Origin: Thermoanaerobaculia bacterium
GTDB taxonomy: Bacteria > Acidobacteriota > Thermoanaerobaculia > Multivoradales > UBA5704
NCBI GenBank assembly: GCA_035603315.1
Contig: DATNKQ010000484.1
Coordinates: 1 to 32,269 of the forward strand
Length of the DNA stretch: 32,269 nucleotides
Reading direction: 5' to 3'
Notes under the pieces: model-generated
Database searches by the model: none
Told to the model about the DNA's origin: nothing
Seen by the model: the letters and a program-made list of their open reading frames with translations, nothing else
Position numbers and translations under genes: made by a program
In this document: in pieces, positions 8,647-17,573 of the stretch
Numbering within the stretch: position 1 is the stretch's first letter
Layout of the letters: each line of letters starts with the position of its first letter

Positions 8647-9984
8647 ATGCCCCACGCACTCGCGGTCGACGACGATCCCAACTTCCTTTCCGCGCTCGCC
8701 GAACTCATCGAGGGGCAGGGATTCACCACCAATACCGCGAGCACCCTGCGGGACGCCCGCACCCAGGTCAGCCACAAAACGCCCGACGTAGCGCTGGTGG
8801 ACCTCTATTTGCCGGACGGCAGCGGCATCGACCTGCTCAAGGACCTCGAGCTCGGCACCGCGACCGAGGTGGTGCTGATGACCGGCCATGCGGACGTCGA
8901 GAGCGCCGTCCAAGCCCTCCGCCTGGGCGCCAGCGACTACCTGACGAAGCCGCTCGACATCGGTCGCCTGAAGAGCATCCTGGCCAACGTGGCGAGCGTC
9001 CAACCGGGGCTGCCGATCGGCGGGCCGGCGCCGGAAGAGACCAAGGAGCAGGGCCGTCTCGGGCTCCTCCTGGGCGCCTCTCCTCCCATGCAGTCCCTCT
9101 ACGACATGCTCATTCGCGTCGCCCCCACCGACGCCACCGTCTTCCTGGTCGGCGAGAGCGGGACCGGCAAGGACCTGGCGGCCCAGACTCTCCATCACCT
9201 CAGCCGCCGCAGCAAGGGACCGTTCCTGCCGCTCAACTGCGGCGCCATCTCGCCCACTCTCATCGAAAGCGAGATGTTCGGCCACGAGCGCGGGAGCTTC
9301 ACCGGCGCCGCGCGGCGCCACAAGGGTTACTTCGAGCGCGCCCATGGCGGCACTCTCTTTCTCGACGAGATCAGCGAGATGCCGATCGAGCTGCAGGTCA
9401 AGCTCCTGCGGGTGCTGGAGACGGGAACCGTCTCCCGCATCGGCGGCGATCAGCCGGTGGAGGTCGACGTCCGGGTGTTCGCCGCCACCAACCGCGACCC
9501 TCAGAAGGCAGTCGAGGAGGGCAAGCTGCGGGAGGACCTCCTCTACCGTCTGCAGGTGTTTCCCGTCCTGATGCCGGCCCTGCGCGAGCGCGGCGCCGAC
9601 ATCGAGCTCCTGGCCGGCGCCTTCCTGGACCAGCTCAACGAGCGCCAGGGAACCGCCAAGCGTTTCACCGACGAGGCCATGGACCGCCTGCGCAGCCATT
9701 CGTGGCCGGGCAACGTCCGCGAGCTCAAGAACGTCGTGCACCGGGGCTTCATCATGGCCGAGCTGGAGATCTGCCCGCGCTGCCTGCCGCGAGAGGTGGG
9801 CGGCGACGCCGGAGGGCTCCGCAGCCTGCACTTCCAGGTGGGGACGTCGATCGCCGAGGTGGAGCGCCGGCTCATCACCGCCACCCTGGAGCTCCACGGC
9901 GGCAACAAGCGGAAGACCGCCGACATCCTGGGCGTCAGCCTGAAGACGCTCTACAATCGGCTCAACACCTACCGCGAGGAGTAG
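8647..9984 (+). CDS. Sigma-54-dependent response regulator / enhancer-binding protein (NtrC family)
   Basis: REC domain (AVDDDPNF, VALVDLYLPDGSG, TGH). AAA+ domain with Walker A GESGTGKD, sigma-54 contact loop GSFTGA, and FLDEI. C-terminal Fis-type HTH (GNKRKTADILGVSLKTLYNRL). Confidence 0.93.
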   Translation: MPHALAVDDDPNFLSALAELIEGQGFTTNTASTLRDARTQVSHKTPDVALVDLYLPDGSGIDLLKDLELGTATEVVLMTGHADVESAVQALRLGASDYLTKPLDIGRLKSILANVASVQPGLPIGGPAPEETKEQGRLGLLLGASPPMQSLYDMLIRVAPTDATVFLVGESGTGKDLAAQTLHHLSRRSKGPFLPLNCGAISPTLIESEMFGHERGSFTGAARRHKGYFERAHGGTLFLDEISEMPIELQVKLLRVLETGTVSRIGGDQPVEVDVRVFAATNRDPQKAVEEGKLREDLLYRLQVFPVLMPALRERGADIELLAGAFLDQLNERQGTAKRFTDEAMDRLRSHSWPGNVRELKNVVHRGFIMAELEICPRCLPREVGGDAGGLRSLHFQVGTSIAEVERRLITATLELHGGNKRKTADILGVSLKTLYNRLNTYREE

Positions 9985-10103
9985 GGGACCAAACGCTGGA
10001 ACCGCTCACGACGGCTCCCCCTTGAGGAGCCGGCAAGGAGGTTGTATACTCCCCTCCCGTCCGACGACTCAGTCCGACCTGGCATCTGTTTCCAAGGGGA
10101 TTG

Positions 10104-10119
10104 TGGCACAGAAACTGCT
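10104..10119 (+). promoter_or_regulatory. Sigma-54 (-24/-12) promoter upstream of the BON-domain gene
   Basis: TGGCACagaaaCTGCT has GG (10105-10106) and GC (10117-10118) in the canonical 12-nt register. It is intergenic, correctly oriented, about 85 nt upstream of ATG 10205, and directly downstream of the sigma-54 activator gene. Confidence 0.7.
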
Positions 10120-10204
10120 TTCGAACATTTCTGTACGACGAGCGCAGCCGCGCCACAACCCCGCATGTTGACATACAGGTTCGACCGCGGAGGAGGATAG
10201 AGAC

Positions 10205-10540
10205 ATGAACCACGACCCTTCATCGCAGCGCGTCCCGGTGGTCATTCTGGCGCTGGCGGCCCTCGTCGGGCTCCTGGTGGTGACGTCTGCCTGCCGGTCG
10301 ACGGTGCCCGCCGGGGTGCAGCTCAAGGACAGCGAGATCACCGCCAAGGTGAAAGCCAAGCTGGCCACCGACGGCGACATCAATCCCTTCAACATCGACG
10401 TCGATACCAACGAGGGCGTCGTGACGCTTCAGGGGCGGGTGGCGAAGGAAGAGGCCCGGACGAAGGCCGAGGATCATGCTCGTCACACCGAGGGCGTGAA
10501 GAGAGTTATAGACTTGATCAAGGTAGGCGACCGGACGTAG
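10205..10540 (+). CDS. BON-domain (OsmY-like) envelope protein, probable lipoprotein/secreted
   Basis: GGAGGAGGA lies before the ATG. Signal segment VVILALAALVGLLVVTSAC. BON pattern ITAKVKAKLATDGDINPFNIDVDTNEGVVTLQGRV...GVKRVIDLIKV. Confidence 0.85.
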   Translation: MNHDPSSQRVPVVILALAALVGLLVVTSACRSTVPAGVQLKDSEITAKVKAKLATDGDINPFNIDVDTNEGVVTLQGRVAKEEARTKAEDHARHTEGVKRVIDLIKVGDRT

Positions 10541-10594
10541 GCCGACCGCCGAAATCATCCTTTCATTCAGTCAATTCACAAGGGAGAAAGACAA

Positions 10595-10849
10595 ATGAAG
10601 AAGGCACTCATCCACCTGTCCATGCTCTGCCTGCTGGCCTTCCTGCTGATGCCGCTCGCCGGCTGCAACAAGAAGGAGGAGAACATGGAGGTCGAGGAGC
10701 AGAGCTCCGCGACCACCGAGACCACGAGCACGACCACCGAGATGACCAGCACGACGACCGAGATGGGCACCTCGATGGGCACCGATTCGGGCATGGGCAT
10801 GGGTACCGAGACGGGCACGCAGGGCACCCAGCCGCCCCCGGCTCACTAA
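10595..10849 (+). CDS. Small lipoprotein with a Thr/Ser/Met/Gly-rich low-complexity mature region
   Basis: GGGAG lies upstream of the ATG. Signal peptide with lipobox LMPLAGC. The mature region is about 60 aa (TTETTSTTTEMTSTTTEMGTSMGTDSGMGMGTETGT...PPPAH). A terminator follows directly. No homolog is recognisable by eye. Confidence 0.6.
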   Translation: MKKALIHLSMLCLLAFLLMPLAGCNKKEENMEVEEQSSATTETTSTTTEMTSTTTEMGTSMGTDSGMGMGTETGTQGTQPPPAH

Positions 10850-10886
10850 AGACGCTCGCAGGTCCAGCTCCGTTGGCAGATGCACG

Positions 10887-10916
10887 GGCGCTCGTGGTGC
10901 GAGCGCCTTTTTCTTC
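10887..10916 (+). terminator. Rho-independent terminator after the BON/lipoprotein pair
   Basis: GGCGCTCG (10887-10894), 5-nt loop tggtg, CGAGCGCC (10900-10907), then TTTTTCTTCT. Confidence 0.7.
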
Positions 10917-10945
10917 TCCCCAGCCTGGATCTCCGATCGGCGTTC

Positions 10946-11638
10946 CTAGGGGCGGGCTGGCGCCCGCCCCGGACCGTCCACCTGTTCCAGGAACTCTCCG
11001 GCCGCGCGGCGGAACTCGTCCGTCCATTCGTGTCCCCCCTCGTAGGCGACGGGACGAACGTCGATCCCCTGGCGCCGCAGAGCGTCGATGTCGGCGGCCA
11101 TTTTGGCCTCGTCGAACCACTCCTCGCGATTGCCGCGGCCCAAGAGAACGGGCGGGAAGCCGCTCAAGCTCCCGGCCGCGAGTTCCGGCGGGAGGTCGCC
11201 GCCGAGGACGATCACGCCCTGGCACGGATGGCCGCTGCGGGCAGCGGCGCGATAGGCCATCGCCGCTCCCTGCGAGAAGCCGGCATAGATCAGGCGCTCC
11301 GCGGCGCCCGTCTCGCGCTTCACCTCGGCGACGACGGAGGCGACGTAGCGGATGTTGTCCGCGATCGCCCGCTCGCGGTCCAGCTTGGTCATCCAGCTGG
11401 CGACGACCTCGTTCGCCCGGCTGTAGAACGGATGGAGCGCTTGCACCGCGCAGAGCAGCCAGCGGGAGGCGCCGGGGATGCGGCGGAGCTCGTCCAGATG
11501 CCGCTCCGCGCTCTCCCCGTAGCCATGGAAGCCCACCAACAACCGCGGTGCGCCGGCGATCGACGGCAGCCGCTCCAGGAGATAGGTGCCATGGACGAGG
11601 GCCGCGATGTGTCGAGTCTCTTTTCCGCCTTCCGCCAT
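10946..11638 (-). CDS. Alpha/beta hydrolase, phospholipase/carboxylesterase-type
   Basis: Nucleophile elbow GFSQGAAMA (GxSxG). FHGYGES near the N-terminus. A C-terminal GGHEW supplies the likely catalytic His. Confidence 0.8.
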   Translation of the reverse strand: MAEGGKETRHIAALVHGTYLLERLPSIAGAPRLLVGFHGYGESAERHLDELRRIPGASRWLLCAVQALHPFYSRANEVVASWMTKLDRERAIADNIRYVASVVAEVKRETGAAERLIYAGFSQGAAMAYRAAARSGHPCQGVIVLGGDLPPELAAGSLSGFPPVLLGRGNREEWFDEAKMAADIDALRRQGIDVRPVAYEGGHEWTDEFRRAAGEFLEQVDGPGRAPARP

Positions 11639-11654
11639 GTTCCTTGTCCTTTCT

Positions 11655-12401
11655 TCAGATCGCGTACTGCGCCAGGAGGATGCAGACGAATCCGGCGACG
11701 AAGCTCCACGCGGTGCCGTGCTTGCCGGAGGCTTCCAGGCTCTCCGGCAGCAGCTCGGCGAGCACGAGGTAGGTCATGGCGCCGGCGGCGAAGCCCAGCC
11801 CGTACGGCAGCAGGGGGCGGCTGATCGACAGCAGCAGGACCGCGGGGACGACGGCGATCGGCTGCGGCAGCGACGAGAGGACCGAGTAGCCGAAGCAGCG
11901 CCAGAAGCCGACCCCTTCCGCCGCCAGCGGCAGGCTGATGGCGAGCCCCTCGGGAATGTTGTGGATGCCGATGGCGATGGCGATGAACACTCCCATGCCC
12001 ACCTTCCCCGAGGCGTAGCCGACGCCGACCGCGACTCCTTCCGGGAAGCTGTGCACGAACATGGTGCCGAGGATGAGGAGCGCCCGGCGTCCGCCGGCGC
12101 CCTGGAGCCCGGCGACGGTCCACTGCTTGTCCTCGAGGTAGCGGTCGCCGAGCCAGAAGAAGCAGGCGCCGGCCAAGAACCCCGCCGCCAGCTGCCACGG
12201 CCGCCTGGTCTCCAGACCCGGCAGCACGAGGTCGAAGAAGGAGACCGACACCATCATCCCGCCGGCGAGGGCGTAGCCGCTGCCGATCACGGAAGCCGGC
12301 AACCGCGCGGTGAAGAGCACCGGCAGGGCGCCCAGGCCGGTCGCCAGCATGGTGAGCACGGCGGCCACCAGGGCCTGGACGAGGATGGAGTCCCAGGCCA
12401 A
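11655..12401 (-). CDS. ZIP family divalent metal (zinc) transporter
   Basis: Signature motifs HSFPEGVAVG and HNIPEGLAIS in a polytopic protein. The TTG start lies 18 nt after the trpA stop. The start is uncertain. Confidence 0.85.
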   Translation of the reverse strand: MAWDSILVQALVAAVLTMLATGLGALPVLFTARLPASVIGSGYALAGGMMVSVSFFDLVLPGLETRRPWQLAAGFLAGACFFWLGDRYLEDKQWTVAGLQGAGGRRALLILGTMFVHSFPEGVAVGVGYASGKVGMGVFIAIAIGIHNIPEGLAISLPLAAEGVGFWRCFGYSVLSSLPQPIAVVPAVLLLSISRPLLPYGLGFAAGAMTYLVLAELLPESLEASGKHGTAWSFVAGFVCILLAQYAI

Positions 12402-12419
12402 GCCTTTAGCGTCCCGTCA

Positions 12420-13241
12420 CTAGGCCCGCCGCCGCTCGGCCCGCCGGCGCAGCGGCGCCGCCAGCTCGCGCACCCGTTCCTCCACTGCCGCCGCGAGGTC
12501 GGGCTTGCCTCCGTGCTCCTCGACCAGGCGGACGAGCGCGCTGCCGACGACGACGGCGTCGGCCATCTCTCCCACCGCCGCCACCTGGGCCGGCGACGAG
12601 ATGCCGAAGCCGACCGCCAGCGGCAGGTCGAGCCGGCGACGCAGCCGCTTGATCTCGCGGGCGAGCTCCGCCGGCAGCTCGTCTCGCTCGCCGGTGACGC
12701 CGGTGCGCGAGACGTAGTAGACGAAACCGCTGGCGGCCGCGGCCACCCGGTTGATCCGCTCGCGGGTGCTGGTGGGGGCCAGGAGATAGATGGCGTCGAC
12801 GCCCTGGCGGCGGAGGGCCGGGACGAGGCACCGCTCCCCCTCCTCCGGCGGCAGGTCGACGCAGAGGACTCCGTCGACGCCGGAGGCGGCGGCCTGCTCG
12901 GCGAAACGCTCCACGCCGCGGGCGAGGAGGGGGTTGAAGTAGGTGAAGAGCACGATCGGCACCCCCAGGCGGTCGCGGTGGCGGGCGACCAGCTGCAGGA
13001 TGCCCGAGAGCTTGGTGCCCGCCGCCAGAGCGCGGGTGGCGGCGCGCTGGTTGACCGGCCCGTCGGCGATCGGATCGGAGAACGGCACTCCCAGCTCGAT
13101 GACGTCGGCGCCGCCGGCGGCGAGCGCCTCGACGAGGTCGGCGGTGGCGTCGAGGCTGGGGTCGCCGGCCATGAGGAAGGGGATGAAAGCCGTCCTCCCC
13201 TCCTCGCCGCAGCGAAGGAAGACCTCGTCGATGGCGCTCAT
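12420..13241 (-). CDS. trpA: Tryptophan synthase alpha chain
   Basis: [18 protein letters not shown] and GFGIS motifs. The ATG at 13241 is preceded by GGGAGGGAGG. ATGA overlap with the trpB stop. Confidence 0.93.
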   Translation of the reverse strand: MSAIDEVFLRCGEEGRTAFIPFLMAGDPSLDATADLVEALAAGGADVIELGVPFSDPIADGPVNQRAATRALAAGTKLSGILQLVARHRDRLGVPIVLFTYFNPLLARGVERFAEQAAASGVDGVLCVDLPPEEGERCLVPALRRQGVDAIYLLAPTSTRERINRVAAAASGFVYYVSRTGVTGERDELPAELAREIKRLRRRLDLPLAVGFGISSPAQVAAVGEMADAVVVGSALVRLVEEHGGKPDLAAAVEERVRELAAPLRRRAERRRA

Positions 13242-14512
13242 CGCCTCCCTCCCTGCGAGAGCCGCAGGACGGCGGCCGGGCTCTCGTCGCGAGCGGCTTG
13301 CCCGCCGCCCGTGGCGGCCTGGTCGTAGGCGAGAACCGACTCGACGTCCTTGTCGCCGCGGCCGGAGAGGTTGACGAGGACGATCCGCTTGCGCGACAGC
13401 CGGGGGGCGCGCTTGACCACCTCGGCGATGGCGTGGGCGCTTTCCAGGGCGGGCAGGATCCCCTCGATGCGCGCGAGCAGGTGGAAGGCGGCGATCGCCT
13501 CGGCGTCGGTGGCGGAGGAGTACTCGACCCGGCCTTCGTCGTGGAGAAGCACGTGCTCGGGGCCGATGGCCGGGTAATCGAGGCCGGCGGAGATCGAATG
13601 GGTGGCGGCGATCTGCCCCTCGATGTCCTGCAGCACCATCGTGCGGGTGCCGTGGAGGACCCCCAGCGAGCCGCCGGCGAAGCGGGCGGCGTGCGCCCCG
13701 AGCGCCGTCCCCCGCCCGCCTGCCTCGACGCCGATCAAGCGCACCCGGGAGTCGCCCAGGAAGGCGGTGAAGAGGCCGATCGAGTTGCTGCCGCCGCCGA
13801 CGCAGGCGACCGCGAGGTCGGGGGCGTCGACCTTGGCCTGCCGGCGCAGCTGCAGCTTGGCCTCGTCGCCGATGACGCGGTGGAAGTCGCGCACCATGCG
13901 GGGGTAGGGATCGGGACCGAGCACCGAGCCCAGCACGTAGTGGGTGGTGCGGACGTTGGTGACCCAGTCGCGCAGCGCCTCGTTGATGGCGTCCTTCAAG
14001 GTGCAGCTGCCGGCGTCGACCGCCACCACCTCCGCGCCGAGCAGGCGCATGCGGTCGACGTTCAGGCGCTGGCGCCGCATGTCCTCGCTGCCCATGTAGA
14101 CGGTGCAGGAGAGGCCGAGCGAAGCGGCGGCGGTGGCGGTCGCCACCCCGTGCTGGCCGGCTCCGGTCTCGGCGATCACCCGCCGCTTCCCCATGGCCTC
14201 CGCCAGCAGGCACTGGCCGACGGCGTTGTTGATCTTGTGAGCGCCGGTGTGCAGCAGGTCCTCGCGCTTGAGGTAGATGCGGGCGCCGCCGAGCTCGGCG
14301 CTCAGGCGGGCGGCGAAGAAAAGCGGTGTCGGGCGGCCGGCGAAGTCGCGCAGCACCCCTTCCAGCCGGCGCCGGAAGCCGCGCTGGCGGCGCGCCTTGT
14401 CATAGGCGCGGGAGAGCTCGGCGAGCGGCGCCATCAGGGTCTCGGGAACGAAGCGACCGCCGTAGAGACCGAAATAGCCCGCCGGGTCAGGACGGGGGCG
14501 TGCCTTGGCCAT
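13238..14512 (-). CDS. trpB: Tryptophan synthase beta chain
   Basis: [14 protein letters not shown]-terminus, PLP-lysine motif HTGAHKINN, and GGGSNSIG. Confidence 0.95.
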   Translation of the reverse strand: MAKARPRPDPAGYFGLYGGRFVPETLMAPLAELSRAYDKARRQRGFRRRLEGVLRDFAGRPTPLFFAARLSAELGGARIYLKREDLLHTGAHKINNAVGQCLLAEAMGKRRVIAETGAGQHGVATATAAASLGLSCTVYMGSEDMRRQRLNVDRMRLLGAEVVAVDAGSCTLKDAINEALRDWVTNVRTTHYVLGSVLGPDPYPRMVRDFHRVIGDEAKLQLRRQAKVDAPDLAVACVGGGSNSIGLFTAFLGDSRVRLIGVEAGGRGTALGAHAARFAGGSLGVLHGTRTMVLQDIEGQIAATHSISAGLDYPAIGPEHVLLHDEGRVEYSSATDAEAIAAFHLLARIEGILPALESAHAIAEVVKRAPRLSRKRIVLVNLSGRGDKDVESVLAYDQAATGGGQAARDESPAAVLRLSQGGRR

Positions 14513-15119
14513 TCCTCACCTCCGCGAAAAGCCGTTCCAGGAGCTCGCGGTCCTTGATGCCGGGAGACGACTCCACGCTCGAGCATACGTCAAGCGCGTG
14601 CGCTCCGCTTTCCTCCATCGCCCGGCGGACGTTGCCGGGGTTGACGCCGCCGGCGAGGAAGACCCGCCGCGCGGCGCAGATCGCCGCCACCGACCCGTAG
14701 GGCCAAGAAACCCCGGTGCCGCCGTAGAGCGATCCATGGCGGACGTCGAAGAGCAGCGCCCAGGCCCGCGAGTAGGGCGCCAGGGCCTCCGGGCCCGGAT
14801 CCCCGCCGGTGCGGAAGGCCTTGATCGCCCGCGCCGCGAAGGGGCCGACCTCGGCCGGCCCCTCGTCGCCGCTGAACTGCAGGAGATCGAGCCCCACCTC
14901 CGCCGCCACCTCCTCGACCTCGGCCGGCGGGCGGTCCACGAAGACTCCCACCAGAGGGACCTTGCCGGCGGCGGCCGCCGCGATCTCGCGCGCCTGGCCG
15001 AGGGCGACGCAACGCGGGCTCCGGGGATAGAAGTTCAATCCCAGGTAGGAGGCGCCGAGCTCGATGGCCAGGAGAGCGTCCGCGGGGCGGGTGACGCCGC
15101 AGATCTTGACCCCCGTCAT
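14487..15119 (-). CDS. trpF: Phosphoribosylanthranilate isomerase
   Basis: [11 protein letters not shown]-terminus, LQFSGDE, and [14 protein letters not shown] overlap with the trpC stop. The 3' end overlaps the trpB start by 26 nt. Confidence 0.9.
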   Translation of the reverse strand: MTGVKICGVTRPADALLAIELGASYLGLNFYPRSPRCVALGQAREIAAAAAGKVPLVGVFVDRPPAEVEEVAAEVGLDLLQFSGDEGPAEVGPFAARAIKAFRTGGDPGPEALAPYSRAWALLFDVRHGSLYGGTGVSWPYGSVAAICAARRVFLAGGVNPGNVRRAMEESGAHALDVCSSVESSPGIKDRELLERLFAEVRNGQGTPPS

Positions 15120-15907
15120 CCCGCCAGCTCCTGGAGCTTGGCCCCGGGGTCGGCGGCGAGCAGCAGCGACTCGCCGACCAAGAAGGCGTCGAAACCGCCC
15201 TCCCGCAGCCGGTCGACGGCGGCGCGGCCGTCGATGCCGCTCTCGGCGACCTTGAGAGCTGCGGGCGGCAGCTCGGACAGGAGGGCGATCGAGTGCCCGA
15301 GATCCACCTCGAAGGTGCGAAGATCCCGGTTGTTGACCCCCACGAGCTCCCAGGTCCCGCCGGCGAGCTTCGCGAGGTCGTCCCGGCCGTGGACCTCGAT
15401 CAGGGGGACGAGGCCGAGCCCGCGGGCGAGGCCCGCGTAGCGCGCCATCTCGGCCGCGTCGAAGAGCGCGGCGATCAGCAGCACGGCGTCCGCCCCCGCC
15501 TCCCGCGCCCACCGCAGCTGCACCGGGTCGACGACGAAGTCCTTGGCGATCGCCGGCAGGCCGGAGGCCCGCCGGCAGGCGGCGAGCAGCTCATAGCCGC
15601 CGTGGAAGAAATCGGGCTCGACGACGACCGACAGGGCCGCCGCGCCGTTCGCCGCGTACTGCTCCGCCTGCTTGATCGGATCCACCCTCCCGGCGAGCGA
15701 GCCCAGCCGCGGCGAGCCCATCTTGACCTCGGCGATGACCGCCCGGCCTCGCCGCCGCTCGAGGGCGGCGAGGAATGCGTTGTCCGCCGCGGACAAGGGC
15801 TCGCCGGCCGCCAGGGCCGTTGATACCGCCAGGCCATCGCCCGTTATCCGCTCGCGCCGCCTCTCGGCGATGCGCCGCAGGATGTCGGTCGCGCCGCTTC
15901 CGATCAC
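15116..15907 (-). CDS. trpC: Indole-3-glycerol-phosphate synthase
   Basis: IAEVKMGSP, IAKDFVVDP, LIEVH, VGVNNRDL and ESG motifs. The GTG start at 15907 forms a GTGA overlap with the trpD stop. Confidence 0.9.
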   Translation of the reverse strand: MIGSGATDILRRIAERRRERITGDGLAVSTALAAGEPLSAADNAFLAALERRRGRAVIAEVKMGSPRLGSLAGRVDPIKQAEQYAANGAAALSVVVEPDFFHGGYELLAACRRASGLPAIAKDFVVDPVQLRWAREAGADAVLLIAALFDAAEMARYAGLARGLGLVPLIEVHGRDDLAKLAGGTWELVGVNNRDLRTFEVDLGHSIALLSELPPAALKVAESGIDGRAAVDRLREGGFDAFLVGESLLLAADPGAKLQELAG

Positions 15908-16929
15908 GGAGAGAAGCTCCGCAGCTCTTCGAGCTTGGCCGCCGCGGCCCCCGCGGCCAGCACCTCGCGGGCCCGCTCGACGCCTTCCGCCAGCCCCGGC
16001 TCCAGGCCCCCCACGTAGAGGGCGGCTCCGGCGTTGAAGGCGGTGACGTCCGCCAGCGGGCCGCGCTCGCCGGCGAGCACCCGGCGCATCGCCGCGGCGT
16101 TCTCCTCCGGCCCGCCGCCGGCCAGGTCGCTCAGGGTGGCTCGGGCGAAGCCGAAGCTCTCCGGCTCCAGGGTGTAGCTGCGGACCTCGCCGTCCAGCAC
16201 CTCGCTGACCCGGGTCGGACCGGTGGTGGTGATCTCGTCCAGCCCGTCGGCACCGTGGACCACCATGGCGTGCTCGGTCCCGAGGTCGGCCAGCACGCGG
16301 GCCACCAGCGGCACCAGATCCGGCGCGTACACCCCCAGGAGCTGGCGGCTGGCGCCGGCGGGATTGGTCAGCGGCCCCAGCAGGTTGAAGATGGTGCGCA
16401 CCCCGAGCTCGCGGCGCACCGGCATCACCTCCCGCATCGCCGGATGGAGGAGGGGCGCGAAGAGGAAGGCGATGCCGATGCCGTCGAGGGCGCGGCCGGC
16501 GGTCGCCGCGTCGGTCTCGATCTTCACCCCCAGGGCCGCCAGCACGTCGGCGCTCCCCGAGCGGCTGGAGACCGAGCGGTTGCCGTGCTTGGCGACGGCG
16601 AGCCCTGCCGCCGCGGCGACGAGGGCCGCCGCGGTCGAGATGTTGAAGGTGCCGCACCCGTCGCCGCCGGTGCCGCAGGTGTCGAGGACGCGGGGACGGG
16701 AGTGGGGGATGGGCACGACCCGCCGGCGCATGGCGACGGCGGCGCCGCAGATCTCCGCGGCCGCCTCCCCCTTCATGCGCAGCGCCACCAGGAGCGCGGC
16801 CTTGAGCGGCTCGCTCAGCTCGCCGTCCATCAGCCGGCCGAAGAGCTCCTCGGTCTCCTGGCGGGAGAGGTCCTGGCCGGCGGTCAGGCGGGAGAGCGCC
16901 TGGCGGGCGTCGATCGTCCCCGCCGTCAT
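15904..16929 (-). CDS. trpD: Anthranilate phosphoribosyltransferase
   Basis: DTCGTGGDG, AKHGNRSVSS and NLLGPLTNP motifs. ATGA overlap with the trpG stop. Confidence 0.93.
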   Translation of the reverse strand: MTAGTIDARQALSRLTAGQDLSRQETEELFGRLMDGELSEPLKAALLVALRMKGEAAAEICGAAVAMRRRVVPIPHSRPRVLDTCGTGGDGCGTFNISTAAALVAAAAGLAVAKHGNRSVSSRSGSADVLAALGVKIETDAATAGRALDGIGIAFLFAPLLHPAMREVMPVRRELGVRTIFNLLGPLTNPAGASRQLLGVYAPDLVPLVARVLADLGTEHAMVVHGADGLDEITTTGPTRVSEVLDGEVRSYTLEPESFGFARATLSDLAGGGPEENAAAMRRVLAGERGPLADVTAFNAGAALYVGGLEPGLAEGVERAREVLAAGAAAAKLEELRSFSP

Positions 16930-17573
16930 GACCGCGCGGCCTTGGCGGCCCGCACCGGTCGAGCGACGGGCGCCGCCGTCTCCTCTCGCCTCGCGGCGCC
17001 GGAGCGGGCGCAGAGGTCGAGGAAGTTGCCGAGGAGACGCGGCCCGGCGTCGGTGAGCACCGACTCGGGATGGAACTGCACTCCCCAGTAGGGGAGCTGG
17101 CGGTGGCGGAGGCCCATGAGCGTCCCGTCGTCGTCGCTCCAGGCGAGCGGCTCGAGCTCGGCGGGAAGCGTTTCCTCGCGCACCGCCAGGCTGTGGTAGC
17201 GGGTGGCCTCGAAAGGATCGGGAAGGCCGGAGAAGAGGCCAGCGCCGCCATGCCGGATGGGCGAGGTCTTGCCGTGCATCAGGCGGGGCGCCCGCTCGAC
17301 CACCGCCCCGAAGGCCACCCCCAGGGCCTGATGACCGAGGCAGACGCCGAGGAGCGGCACCGCGGCGCGGCGCTGGATGAGCTCGACGCACACCCCCGCC
17401 GCCTCGGGGCGTCCGGGGCCCGGCGAGAGGACGATGCCGGCGGGCTGCCGTGCCAGTAGGGCGGACGGCGAAGCTGCGTCGTTGCGGACCACCTCGACCT
17501 GCGTCCCCGCCGCCGCCAGCATCTGCACCAGGTTCCAGGTGAACGAGTCGTAGTTGTCGATCATCAGGATCAC
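16926..17573 (-). CDS. trpG: Anthranilate synthase component II (glutamine amidotransferase)
   Basis: ILMIDNYDSFTWNL, catalytic GVCLGHQ, and VQFHPES. The GTG start forms a GTGA overlap with the trpE stop. Confidence 0.93.
   Translation of the reverse strand: MILMIDNYDSFTWNLVQMLAAAGTQVEVVRNDAASPSALLARQPAGIVLSPGPGRPEAAGVCVELIQRRAAVPLLGVCLGHQALGVAFGAVVERAPRLMHGKTSPIRHGGAGLFSGLPDPFEATRYHSLAVREETLPAELEPLAWSDDDGTLMGLRHRQLPYWGVQFHPESVLTDAGPRLLGNFLDLCARSGAARREETAAPVARPVRAAKAARS

Noticed and set aside
7402-9897. Upstream two thirds of the 1185-aa minus-strand ORF 6340..9897
   Set aside because: It is antisense to the kinase and NtrC-family genes, which have clear motifs. Only the last 354 codons (TopIB) look like protein, and they have their own AGGAGG-ATG start at 7401.
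10012-10032. Hairpin CGGCTCC-N7-GGAGCCG just after the activator gene stop
   Set aside because: It has only a 7-bp stem and no U-tract, so I do not call it a terminator. It could be an enhancer half-site, but there is no second copy to support that.
10168-10173. Perfect TTGACA hexamer between the sigma-54 promoter and the BON gene
   Set aside because: No acceptable -10 element lies 16-18 nt downstream. That position is the GGAGGAGG ribosome-binding site.
10873-14557. Plus-strand ORFs 10873..11772, 10880..11824, 11586..13328 and 13298..14557
   Set aside because: They are antisense to the hydrolase, ZIP, trpA and trpB genes. Their translations are Arg/Pro/Gly-rich with no recognisable domains.
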